64,000 nucleotides of DNA, from assembly GCA_964016885.1 (NCBI GenBank), contig OZ024748.1, positions 29,636,001 to 29,700,000 of the forward strand, written 5' to 3'. The notes beneath the pieces are model-generated. The model saw only the letters and a program-made list of their open reading frames with translations. It was not told where the DNA came from and made no database searches. Positions 41,301 to 54,500 of the stretch are shown here, in pieces. Numbering within the stretch: position 1 is the first letter of the stretch; each line of letters begins with the position of its first letter. The stretch comes from Eledone cirrhosa (lineage: Eukaryota). Both the position numbers and the translations under genes were made by a program.

Positions 41301-44300
41301 TTCATACGTTCCTGTATATGGTGTCTGTGGCCTTATTTCCCACAGTGGCTACAAAGGGCAGGTGAAGGTTGAGTTATCGGACCTGTTGACGTATCAATTC
41401 CTCTTCTGATATCTGTAGGGGCTGGAGGTGGCTACGCTTGAGGTGATGTTGTATTCCAGAAGACGACTGGCTGAGCGTTTTCCGTTTTCTTTCACCTCGA
41501 CATACCTCAAGGCGTCTTCGAGGGTCATGTCCTACTGTGAGTTATTGAGGATGTCTAGGCGGATCAATAAGGGCGTCATGGACCATGATGTTATTATAGT
41601 TGACTGTAGTGTGGCATGAGGCCAATGTGCATTCCACTTTGAAATTGCAGACATGGCCTGACCTCAGAGATTGGCAGTGAAGGCCATAATCAGTTCATCC
41701 CGGTCCTGGCGTATCTGTTGCAGATGCACTTGAGCATCCATGACGTCTTCTTGGCAGACGGCCAGCGACTTAATGTTGCAAAGGGCTGTTTGCTCATCAC
41801 TGGAAGCTATGGCACCGAATGTTCGTGTGAGGTCCTTCCTCAAGTCGTCGTTGCAGCACTCGAGTAGTTGGAAAACAACATCCCTACCTGTAAGGTGCGT
41901 GACACTTTGGTAGTCCGACCATCTCTGCTCAAAGTAGGCCCATTCTTCACTCATTCCAGCTGCGGAGATGACAGGGGCATCATACTTTCTTGGGTGCAGC
42001 TGCTCCTGTAGTGGGTGGCGGTGCATTCGTGCTGTGAGCTGTTGAGCTGTGAAGGTTGATGAGGCAAATCAGCACCTCCTTGGGAATGTTGGCGGACCAT
42101 GTCGTGCCACATTCAGGTGCAGGCAGGGTATGTCGCTCATGTTGGTTTGCAGGAGGTTGAGTGTACTTTTTTTAATCATAAATGAGTCTTGAACACTCTT
42201 TGCTTTAGAAATAAAGTCTTAAGAAAAGCAAAGAGTGGATCTGGGTTCTGTTTTCTCTTCTACTTATGAGGACCTTTGTCTTTGTCAGGTTGACTTTGAG
42301 ACCCCTTCTTTCTAAGCCCTGCTTCCATGTTTGGAATTTCTTTAGTTCACAATAGATTCAGCTATAAGTGTAAGATCCCATGGGTATCTGTTATAGCCTG
42401 CAATACAATAATAACCAGGAAAGGGCTAAGAACAGAGCTCTGGTGAACACCAACCTATATGCTAATACTCCTAAACAATTTTTAATTGCACCATTAAATA
42501 CAGTCATTAAAAGACTTTTAATGCACCCCTTAACACTTTTGATACCAACCAAGCCAAAAGGGTTCCTATTTAAGTTAAAATCTTCCAGCATAATTATATA
42601 TAAGACCATAATTATATATGCCCCAGCATGGCCTCAGCCGGATGGCTGGAACAGGTAAAAGGGTAAGAACCACGTTAAGTTACTGACATAATAATGAAAT
42701 AGTTAATTCTTTGAACTAAAATTAATCTGTCTGAGTATCTACAATCTCTCCATTTTATATTTCAGGGGATCATGGCACGAGTCTACGAGACTGCAGTGGT
42801 GTTGGTCATTTTAGGAATCCTTGTGTTTGGTATAGCCTGGGTGGCCTCGGCTCTCATAGATGGAGATAAGAGCAGTCGACAGACCCTGTTTGGTGAGTAG
42901 TAGTAGCAGTGGTAGTAGAGGTGTTGGTTGTGATGATGGTGCTGGTGCTGGTGATGGTTGTGGTTGTGATGGTGCTGCTGGTCACAGTTGTGGTGCTGGT
43001 GATGATGATGGTTGTGGTCGTGATGGTCATGGCTGTGGTGCTAATCGTCATAGTGGAGGGATGGTGGTGGTGCTGGTTGTGGTTATTGAGGTGGTGGTCT
43101 TGGTGACAATTGTGGTGTGGTGGAGGTAGTGGTCGTGGTTCATAGTTTTTACTATATTGTGATGGTTGTAGCTGCAGGTCAGTCTGAGCGAGTTTTTACT
43201 ATATTGTGATGGTTGTAGCTCCAGGTCAGTCTGAGCGAGTAAACCTATGTTCAAAGATATTCCAGCCATGACCACCTGTCTTTTTTTGTATATATTTTTA
43301 CTTTATTTTACTTAATTCTATTTAATCAGTCATATATGTTAACACTAATTCTCAACTAATGTGTAAAATACTACATATTGGTTATTATATTATACTAGCT
43401 GAATTACCCGGCGTTGCCTGGGTTACTGCTGTTCTTATTCAGATTAGTAAGCAATAAATATGAAGATATGTTTTTTTTTCTCATAATTATTTCAAAATAT
43501 CTATATTTTATAAAAAAAAAAATATCAAAATTGTAATGATAATAGAATTTAGAAATAAAAATCTGTCAATCTTGAAGCACCTTAGGGTAAACAATATTCA
43601 TTGTGTAATTTTTTGTTGGTGTCCAAATGAATAAATTGTTGCTACACACATACACTCACACACACACATACACCCTCACACACACACTCACACACACACA
43701 TACACCCTCACACACACTCACACACACATATTAAGACAGACACGCACAGACATACATTCACGCACACCTGTCTGTCATCAGATGTATGTGTAGATGTGTG
43801 TATGTGTTTAATTCTCTGAGGCCTAACGTATGTAACAAACTCGCAAACACACACACTCACAGAGACATACGCACACATACAATGTGATGTCGTAGTTGTG
43901 GTGGTGGTTTACTATAGTTTACTATAGAAAGTTTATTTGAGATAAAATATTATAAAATAAAAATTACATGTTGACACTCACGGGGTCTAATACTGTTACC
44001 TTGTAAAATTTGATTTGATTTGGTCCAGCTGTTTGGGAATGCATAAGAACAGACAGACAGATGAAGATTTTATATATATATATAGACTAGCAGAAAACCA
44101 CCCGGGGAGCGGTTTTCTGCTAGTCTATATATCTAAAACAGAGAATGTCTGTCTGTCAGCTCACTAAAACTTGAGAACCATCCAACCGATTGTTTTCAAA
44201 CTTTAGACATGTAATACTTATGGTCCTGTGAGTGTTTTGAGCAAAAATTATTTCAAATTTTCAATGCCCTAGGGACCTCATTAGGCGATTTAGCGTTCTC

Positions 44301-47300
44301 TCTATATAATTCTTAGTCTTTCTTTTTAGATAGATACATAGATATAACGTTGCGCCCTTATAATATCTGTCTGGCTGTCTGCATTACGTCATGACGCGCT
44401 CAGCGCGATTCCCTTGGCCTCAGTGACCAAAGTCAGTGGAGAGGGGAAGGTAATGTTTCTGTAGCACGTGTTTTAGCGGCTATTCACTCTCTCCCTCTCT
44501 CCCTCCCGCTATCCCCCTCTCGTAGTCTGTCTCTTTCTTTCACTCTCACTCTCTCTCTACGCACGTGTTTCCACTGTCGGACAGACTGAGAAATTGCTGG
44601 TTATATATATAAGTAGATTATCACAACTGTCACTACTACTCCTATCTAACAGCCTGAACTGTTATTGTTGCTGCTGTAAACAAATCCATCTGATACAACA
44701 ACCAATTTCTAAGATTAACCTCCTACTGCTAAAGCATCTGTGAATGATCTGGTTCCTAACCATGGTGCCACTAAGGAATTCACAATGGTTTGAGGATATG
44801 GTGGTGGAACTACCTGTGACCAATAGCTATTGGCCTTTTATATCCCTTGTGTTGATGCTGTGAGACTGTTTATTTTAAGTCATATGTCGCTGGTGCTTTG
44901 AGAAAGCAACACCAAGTGTTAACCTCGGACATATCAATGAATTGAAACAACAGCAGTAATATTTATTTCTTCATGTTTTTTTTCTGTTCAACTTCTAGCT
45001 GTTGTATAACAGTTATGATCAAAATATCTATAACAGCGATTATGAATAAATGAAGTAAATTCTAACCTGTTGGCTTGTACTTCATTATATATATATATAT
45101 ATATAAAACCATGTTGTTTAGGGTCCAGTCCCACTGTGCTGCACCTTGAGTATGTGTATGTGAGAGAGAGAGAGTGTTTGTAATTGAGAGAGAGGGAGAG
45201 ATCATGTGGCAATGAAATGATCAGGATTTTGGTGTCATTTTGGTTTGCATGTAATTGGAACCTTGCATATACTCTTAGTATGTATGTATCTGTGTATGCA
45301 TGTATATATATATGTATGTGTTTATATATGTATGCATGTACGTATGTATCTGTGTGTGTTTGTATGTGTAGTTTAAATGTATGTATGCATTTAGACATAT
45401 AATTCATACATAGATATGCATATACATGTATTCACTCACACATACATATGAATAACATGCATGTTGAATAGGAAAGTAGAAGAAATATGGAATATTATTA
45501 TCATCATCATTATTATGCTTTAAACAGCTGCTTCATACACACATCTGCACGCACACACACACACACACTTTCTGTCTGTCTCTCTCTCTCATATATGTGT
45601 GTGTGTGTAGTGAAACTTTACTGAATATTGGGATTAACAACATTGGAATATTAAAGTAGCTTTTTAGTCAAGTGTTGTGTAATGACCCTAGTATTGTGCC
45701 GGTGTGTGCCTGTCACTGTATGTATGTGTGATTGTGTGTGTAATATTGTTTATGTAGATGGTGCATGCAGGTGTAATGTGTGTGCATGTGTTGTGTGCAC
45801 AAGTGATGCTTGCAGATGATTTGTATGCAGGTGTGATGTGTGCAGATGTCCTGTACATCAGCTGAAGCTTGCTGTTCACTTTTAATAGATGTAGTAATCT
45901 GGAAATGTGTCTGTCTGCCTACCTGATTCTTTATTTGTCTGTCTGCATGCCTGATTCTCTTTCTCTCTTTCTCTCCACCACTTCTGTATCTGTCTTTCTG
46001 CTCCTCCCTCACTCTCTGTTTCTTTGTCGGGGGGGGGGGGGGGGGGTCCCTCTCTCAGTCTGCATGCTTAACTATATTTTTGTTTATATGCCTGCTTCCC
46101 CTCTCTCCTTCTGACTTTTTCACACACACACATACACTTTGTATGTTTGTTTCTCACTCTGTCTCTCTCTTTCTTTCACTTCCCTCTTCCCTCTATGCAG
46201 CTTTCAACTTATGTTTCTGTGTGTGGAATGGATATGTGTGTGTGTGTGTGTGTGTATAGGGAAGGAAGCTTATTTTCTCATTTTGCTTCTCATTTTTCCC
46301 TCTATTAATTTTCGCTTATATTACTGATGAAAATGGTGGTGGTGTTGGTGGTGTGCGGTATTGCTAGCATTCCTCTACTTTTCATTTTCTGAGGAAGAGA
46401 GAGTTGTAAGCCCCACCCTTCCTTTTTCCCAGTTTCAACCTCACAGCCAGACCTTAGTCTCTGTTAGTTCCTAAAATCTATTTTCACCATAGTGTTATAT
46501 AGTTTTCTATCCTTTATTTCTCCTACCATCACTAAAACAATACTGTTTAAGTTGAATGGCACAATCAACATTATTAGGCAGTTTTGCCTATGATATCGAA
46601 TGCAAAGCTTTATAGTTTTATTGCTGTTGTGGTTGTTGTGTTTAGGGTTATTGTGGTTTTTGTTGTTGTTATTGTGCTGGAGGTGGTTGTTGTGGTGATT
46701 GTGGTTGTTTTGGTTGTTTTGTGCTTGTTGTTGCAGTGGTGGTGGTTATTGTTCAGCTGACCAGGTTCTCAACTTCATCAAACACTAATGCCAGCCTGTC
46801 TGTGTATATATGTGTGTGTATGTATGTATATATGTGTGTGTATGTTCACCACCATTGCTTCTTCTTCTCATTTCTGTTGAAGTAGTCCTTACTTTCATTC
46901 TCTTTGATTTCTTTTGATTTTCTTTTATCTCCCTAGAGAATTCGTTGACAAGCTTCTTTAATTTATTTTCTTTGTTTTCTTCATTCAAATCACTGACTGT
47001 CTAAGAGACGTACAAATATGACTTATAAAACTTACCAAACTAAAGGGGCTTCTAGCACCCTCAAAGTTTCAAACGCCCCTTTACTGCATGACCCCCCCCC
47101 CTAACACCCCTTACCCTATAACGCTTCCCTGGAGCTACGAAACGCCACCCAGGGGGGCATATGCCTCCCGTTGAGAACCTTTAGACTAGAGAAAGGGCCT
47201 GGGTTTCAAAGACCTCATTTCGGCTGCAAAGGCAGTGGATTCGGAGAAGTTGGGAGTAGGGGATGGAGTGTTTGGTGTGAATGGGGTGGGAGGAAGTAAA

Positions 47301-50300
47301 GTCGAGGTAGGAGTGGGAGTCTGTGGGTTTGAAGAAGGCGGAGGTGATCAGTGAGCGGTGGGAGGGGTTAATGGCGACGGAGATGTCTAAGAAGTGAACA
47401 GATGTGATGGAGGTGGTGAAGTGGAGGGAGCGATGGAAAGAGCAGAGGAAAGAGAGAAAAGTTCAATATTATTACTGGCAAAGTATTCTCTTTGGCCATT
47501 TTCTAAATGTATATCCAATTGTTGAACACATATATATATATATATATATAGTATATTAGGGAGAGGATCAGGGGTGTATAACACTCCACTTATCCAACAG
47601 GCAGTATAAGGTTAGCTCGATGTCTGAGGACAGAGCCGTGATATAATCAATAACAAAGAACGCCTATGGCATATGCATATCTTTACTTGCTAACATTGTT
47701 TCATCCGCACTATAGTGCGGATGAAACAATGTTAGCAAGTAAAGATATGCATATGCCATAGGCGTTCTTTGTTATTGATTATATATATATATATTTATTA
47801 AAATAACAGATTAAAGTTTAAGCAAAGAACCACTGCTTTCACCCTTAATGGGATCTTCTGAAAGTAACAAAGTCAATCTGTAAACGCAGAAGTGGATATT
47901 TCAAAAAACGTTGCAACCAGAGGAAGACAGGAAGACGATACTTTGGTTCGTGGAAACGTTTGCTGGCAAAGAACGGGAAAAAACGAATATAATATGTCAT
48001 TAATAGGAGCGGTGAAAAACAATTACGCGCAAAGACAGAACCACGTTTATGGTATAAAAGAGGTCGTAGACTAATGTTCTCTTAGGTGGTTCATAGAGAC
48101 GTTCTCTGGCAATGAACGAAAAAAACGAAGATAATAGGTCATATGTGGATCGTGGAGAACAATTGCACGCAAAGACAAAACCACGTAAATGGTATAGCAG
48201 AAGTCGTAGACTAAAATTCTAACTAGGCTTATTAACTAGGCTTATTAACCCTACGAAGTCCGATTTAGGTAGATTTATTAAAACGATTCTTGATAGAATT
48301 ATACCTGAAATTAGAAGTTTGGCCCCTCTCGCACTGTGGAACAATTCTTTCGCGGTGATTGATTGGTTCAACTGCATATGTAACAAGGAACATTGCCGTT
48401 TTATCCAATTCGACATCAACAATTACTACTCCTCCATCACTTTACCACTTCTCCTTAGAGCTATCAATTTTGCTAAAACACTCACAGTGGTTAAGGATTT
48501 CGAAGTTGATGTCATCCTCAATGCCCGTAAGTCGGTGATTAATTTCGACGACTCTATTTGGATTAAAAAATCCAATAGTACCCCATTCGACGTGAGTATG
48601 GGCGCCAGTGATTCTGCGGAGGTTACTGATCTTATTGGCCTTTTCCTTCTTTTCTCTATCAAGGACGAATTCCCCAACGCGGGCGGTGGTTTGTACCGTG
48701 ACGATGGTCTTTTGACCATGACTAAGTGCGGACCTCGTGCTTGCGACAGGTTCAGAAAAAAACTCACAGCCTTCTTTAAAGGCTCCAACCTCTCTATACA
48801 GGTTGAGGCCAATCTCTCGGTCATTAATTACATCGACGTTACCCTCAATTTATTGAATGGGTTGTATTACCCGTATAGAATGCTGAATGATAATTACATA
48901 AGTAAGCATTCCAACCATCCTGCCAGCATAACCAAGAACCTGGTAAGAAACGTTTCGTTGAGGCTTTCCCGTCTATCTACTAATCAGCATATTTTCAACG
49001 ACCATTCTACTTATTACAATGAAGCTCTTGCTCGGAGTGGATTTGTCGATAAGGTAGCATATAGAGTACGAAAATAGACCTAGAAGAAATAGATCCCGTC
49101 GCGTTTGTTGGTATAACCCACCATATAATATGGAGGTGGCCACACCATTAGCTAAGATCTTTCTTTCCCTTATTCGAAGCATTTTCCCCCTACACATAAA
49201 CATAGTAAAATTTTTTATAGAAATACTATTAAAATTTCTTACTCTACGACTCCAAACCTTGCACAACTTCAAATTTAGCTAAACTACCTAGCCGTAGGAA
49301 CACGTGCCACCCTGTAGTTAGTACTAACTGTAATTGTAGGAATCGGGTTGATTGCCCCCTATCCGGGAAATGCCTCTCTAGTAACATTGTCTACAAATGT
49401 AAGGTTGAAACACCCACGTCCCGTAGGGCCTACATAGGGTTAACCGCCAATAGTTTCAAGCAGCGTCTTTACATGCATACCCATTCTTTTCGTTACCCTC
49501 AAAGAAGGAATATGACGTCAATTTCAGCTCATATCTGGAGTCTAAAAGACAACCACACCCAATATTAGTTACACTGGGAGATCCTAGCTAGGGCTAGATC
49601 GTATAACGGAAATAAAAGACCATGTGACTCTACGCCACAGACCACATCTTAAACAAAAAATCTGAGGCAATTTCGGCTTGTAAACATAAATTGTACAAAA
49701 CTTTCCTGTATTACAGCCCCACGTTATACCCTAACGGATAGTACGATCTATACGTGGATATTTTACGTCTTGATGTGGGAGCTAAGTATATGTTTTGTTT
49801 ATTCCTTTACTTATTTGCATAGGTAAGTATATATTACCTGTATGTTTTGTGAAGGTACGTATACCTTCTCGTACGTATATTTGATTGTATATGTTATGGC
49901 GTATAATTTTATATATTCTGGTACATATGGTTTGGTTATGTGTATTCGTGAGTTTTGCGTCTGTGTGAGTATGCAGGTTCGTACGTATGTAGAGTGTGTG
50001 TATATGTGTACTTCTTGTTTTGGTTGACTTACATCTCCGAACATTTGTGTATTTACATGTAGGTATGTGTGTGCGCTTGTTATATACGTATTTATTTATT
50101 TATATACGTTTATTTAATTATTTATTTATTTGTATACACGCATACACACACACATCTTTATATGTGCGTGGTTTTGTATACCTATGGTAAGTGTTTTCGC
50201 GTATGCTTGTGTATGTGTATGCGTGTATGTATTTATTTAATTTCTATTACTTCTGTATTGTATTTATTTACTTTGTTCTTAACTCTGAAGCGGGGATTCA

Positions 50301-51538
50301 TTCGGTCTCCTAGTTAGAATTTTAGTCTACGACTTCTGCTATACCATTTACGTGGTTTTGTCTTTGCGTGCTATTGTTCTCCATGCTCCACATATGACGT
50401 ATTATCTTCGTTTTTTTCATTCATTGCCAGAGAACGTCTCTATGAACCACCTAAGAGAACATTAGTCTACGACCTCTTTTATACCATAAATGTGGTTCTG
50501 TCTTTGCGCATAATTGTTTTTCACCGCTCCTATTAATGACGTATTATATTCGTTTTTTCCCGTTCTTTGCCAGCAAACGTTTCCACAAACCAAAGTATCG
50601 TCTTCCTGTCTTCCTCCGGTTGCAACGTTTTTTGAAATATCCACTTTTGCGTTTACAGATTGACTTTGTTAGTTTCAGAAGATCCCATTAAGGGTGAAAG
50701 CAGCGATTCTTTGCTTAAACTTTAATCTGTTATTTTCATAAATATTTGCTCTACGGTTCTTATATATTTGATATATATTTATCCTTATCAAGCCCTCTTT
50801 GGATTTTAGTCTTCAAATTTATTATTATTACTATATATATATATATATATGTCCTGGGTTCAATTGGGGTTAACATCAGTTAGTAAGGTACTCAATATAT
50901 TAGTAGCTTCTACAGGAAAGTCCCGATGATTTCTTTTGAATAAAACAGTTCTTTTCCTTTAGAAGCCTTTTCTATATTAAACTTGAGATATATATATATA
51001 TCAGATAGGGTGTGGTAAAATACCAGGTGGACCATAACCCACCAGAGTACTCAATACTTAGGGTAGTAGAGTGGGTAATATAAGTTCAGCTAGATTCCTG
51101 CCGTTCGAATACCGGTGCTTTAGTTCGGATCTAGCTGTTGATACGGCCGGCGCTCAGCCATCGGGGTCCTGAATCTTTTCCTATATATATATATATAATA
51201 TATGCAGATATATGTATAATATATTTATAAATGTATGTTTGTATGTATATGTATGTATCAATACATATGTGCATATATATTTTGGTTTGATTCTTAAATT
51301 TTCTTTCACACTCTCTCTCTGACTATCACTCTCACTCTCTAACTATCACTCTATCGCTAATTATCACTATCACTCTCTCTCTCTAACTATCACTCTCTAT
51401 CTATCACTCTTTCTATCTACCTTTCTATCTATTTCTCTCCAGAATTAAGGAAACCAAGTTGTAAGTACTGTTTCTATTCTAGACACAAATTTTATTTGCA
51501 GTGGCTTGCCAACTTACTCTCTGTGTGTATCATCACTA

Positions 51539-51576
<38 letters not shown>

Positions 51577-54500
51577 ACTAATTTCCCCTGCAACCACCCT
51601 ATTGGAGAACTGGCCCTAGTTGACATTCATTATTTTGTTCTAATTGTTATGAATATATATAAGCAAATACTATGATTGTAATATATTGTTTTCAGTGATG
51701 TCCTCTGGTATTTACTTGATGTCACCCCTACTCTGTGTTGTTTTGCCCTTGTATTATTCTCAATATCTTGGGCCTTTGTGGTCAATAAAAGAAATCATTA
51801 TTATATCTAATCTATTGAGCAGTGGATCAGGTGCCAACATCTTCACTTAGATAGAACCTTCTAATTTATGCTTTGTTTTTGCATTTCCAGTCTCTGCCAT
51901 GTTCTTTTTAGTTTTATTTAGTTATGTTGTTGCTTTTTAAAAATTTCATTTGTTTATTTTAATTTTTTAATTTTATTTAATACTTATTTTGGGGGAGTGG
52001 AAATTATATTTTATACATTTTCTTCTCTTTCTCTATCTCTCTCCCTCTTGTTCCTTCTATTCCTTTTTCTCTTTCTTTTTCTTCTGTTTCTCATTTCTCT
52101 CTCCTTTATTCTCTTTATCTTCCACCTTGTTTTTCTTCCTTTCCCTCTTTCCTCCCTCCTTCACCATTACTTTTTCCCTCTGATCAGGTTAACTACTCTC
52201 TCTCTCATCCCCACTAAAGTAGATGTGAAAGGGGGAAGGAAATCATGTTATGGGCTGTGTTTCTATGTACTCTAATGATTTTTATTTATTTTTTTAAATG
52301 TCTATTTAAGAAACAGTTAAAAGTTAAATATAAAGTATGTCCCAATCCCAAATGCCCATAAGGCTGGGGCCTATTCTAGTTTTATTAGACTCTTCCTTAT
52401 ATGGGGTGCCAGTCTACCACACAGTTAACTTCCCCATACTAATGCTAGTATTAATTGTTTCAGTTGAGTGGACTGGAATAATGTGAAATAAAGTGTCTTA
52501 TTCAAGGACCCAATGTGCTAGTAGGTTCAGAAATTGAACCAACAACCTTATGATTTTCAGGCCAGCACTCAAACCATGAGACTACTTCTTCACACGTGAG
52601 AAACAAGAGTACTACTGTATTAGACAAAGCAAGTAGACAATAAAAACAAAAGAAAAAGGGGCAATCATCAGGTTGGACCAAGGAAATAATGTTTCTATTG
52701 CTGATACTGTCTGTGGGATGTAACTCCAGGGTCAAAAAGAAAAAAAAAACATGCACACTTCTTCAATTTCATACTACAACAGAGGGGAATGCTTAGGGTG
52801 TTACCATGAAAAATAGAAAAGTTGAGACGCTGAAAGTTAATAACTCTGTATGTACATGTGTGTGAATGAGCACATGTGTTTAGCAATCGGCAGCGATTCG
52901 AAATTTAAAAATTGAATCAGAGCTTTCACCCTATTTTGATTGCAGGACATATAAGCCTCCATAACTAGGGGGAATTGCCATGTTTTTTTTTTCCATTATG
53001 GGGACTTATATTCCCTGTTATTAGACTATTTTCTGCAGTTAAAATATGTCAAAAACTCAATTAAATGTTCAGATATATATATCTATATATATCTACTGTT
53101 CTGATAACAAGTGTTCTAGTTAACATGCTTGTGGCTGAGCATTCCACAGACATATGCACTGTTAACATAGTTCTCAGGGAGATTCAGCAGGACACAGTGT
53201 ATGTGAAGGCCGGCCCTTTGAATTACAGGTACTACACATTTTTCCCAGTTGAGTTGACTGAAGCAGTATGAAATAGTGTCTTGCTCAAGGACTCAATGTA
53301 CCACCAGTGATGGTGAACCAAACACTCTAACCACTAAGCCATATACCTCATCAAGCAGGCTCAGGGTTGTCGGTTTAATCACACACATACACATATACAT
53401 GTACGTACTTTCGTTACGTAGATGATATTAATATAGTAATATAAACACCCCGACAAGAGAGTACAAATAAACAGATAGCTAATTCCATATATCACAGCAT
53501 CACAGTAACTATAGATTACCCTTCCAAACACCCTAACAATAGACTGAACTCTGATTAAACACTATAAACGAGAAAACTCAAATTCTCCACTCACATTATG
53601 CTAAACCCATGGCCTCCAAATACCTTATACACAAAAACTCAGTAATAGTGCTAAGTTTAATATCCTGATCGCAGACTTGGTAAGAATGATGAAGAATGTG
53701 TCCCACATGTGCGATCCAACACTTCATCAATTGCATGCAGTTCTCTGGCTACAACCAAAGAGACAGAATCAGGCTCTACAAAGAAGCCATGGAGAAATAT
53801 AAGACCCTCATAGAGATGGACATGAAAAGGATTTGCAAACTGTAAATCATGGAATATCATAGATAGGACTAAACAAAAGATAAGGAAAGCCACTTCATGG
53901 TACGACAACCAAAGATACCATTAGCTAATCAATTTAGAAAGGCCTAAGAAAGATCCATTTAAAGATTAAAGTGGTAGAAAAGCCAAGAACTACCATAAAA
54001 TCCCTGATCAGCAAAGCTTACACCTTTAAGAAAATCCATAAATGTGTTATATGTAGAATACATCTACAAATAAATTGTAAAAACTAGAAATGTAGTCTAT
54101 AGAATAAGATGTACAGAGGGTACTTGCAGAAACATGACAATGACATACGTAGGAGAGACAGCTCGGAGCATAGGGGAGAGAATAGACCAACACTGGGGTG
54201 AACTAAAAGGACAAAAAGACGGTTTGGTACTATATTAACACGCCAGACGAAGACATGATGGTAATATAGACAACATAGAAATGACTCAAGAGGTAGACAA
54301 ATTCGGGAGGCAGCCGGGACAGAGCTAAGAAAACTGAAGCTGGACAGAAAACATGAATGGAATGACAACAACCATACATAAATATAAATAAATATATGCA
54401 GGTACAATAACAGCAATTTCACATAAACACACACTAGTGAGCAAAGATAGAATACAAACAGACTCAGGCATGAACACACAAACAGAAAACATGCACATAA

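Larger units (their letters stand above)
47791..50830 (+). mobile_element. Penelope-like retroelement (RT and C-terminal GIY-YIG) with inverted ~437-bp pseudo-LTRs
   Basis: ORF 48319-49077 with FDINNYYSSI, MGASDSAEV and YRDD; downstream CNC..CPLSGKCL..NIVYKC..YIGLT and LNKKSE; 47791-48227 is the reverse complement of 50309-50745. Confidence 0.92.

Noticed and set aside
42860-43129. Gly/Asp/Cys-rich ORF adjoining exon 6 as an alternative C-terminus
   Set aside because: Out of frame with LMBR1 (read-through hits TAG at once) and explained by a trinucleotide low-complexity tract
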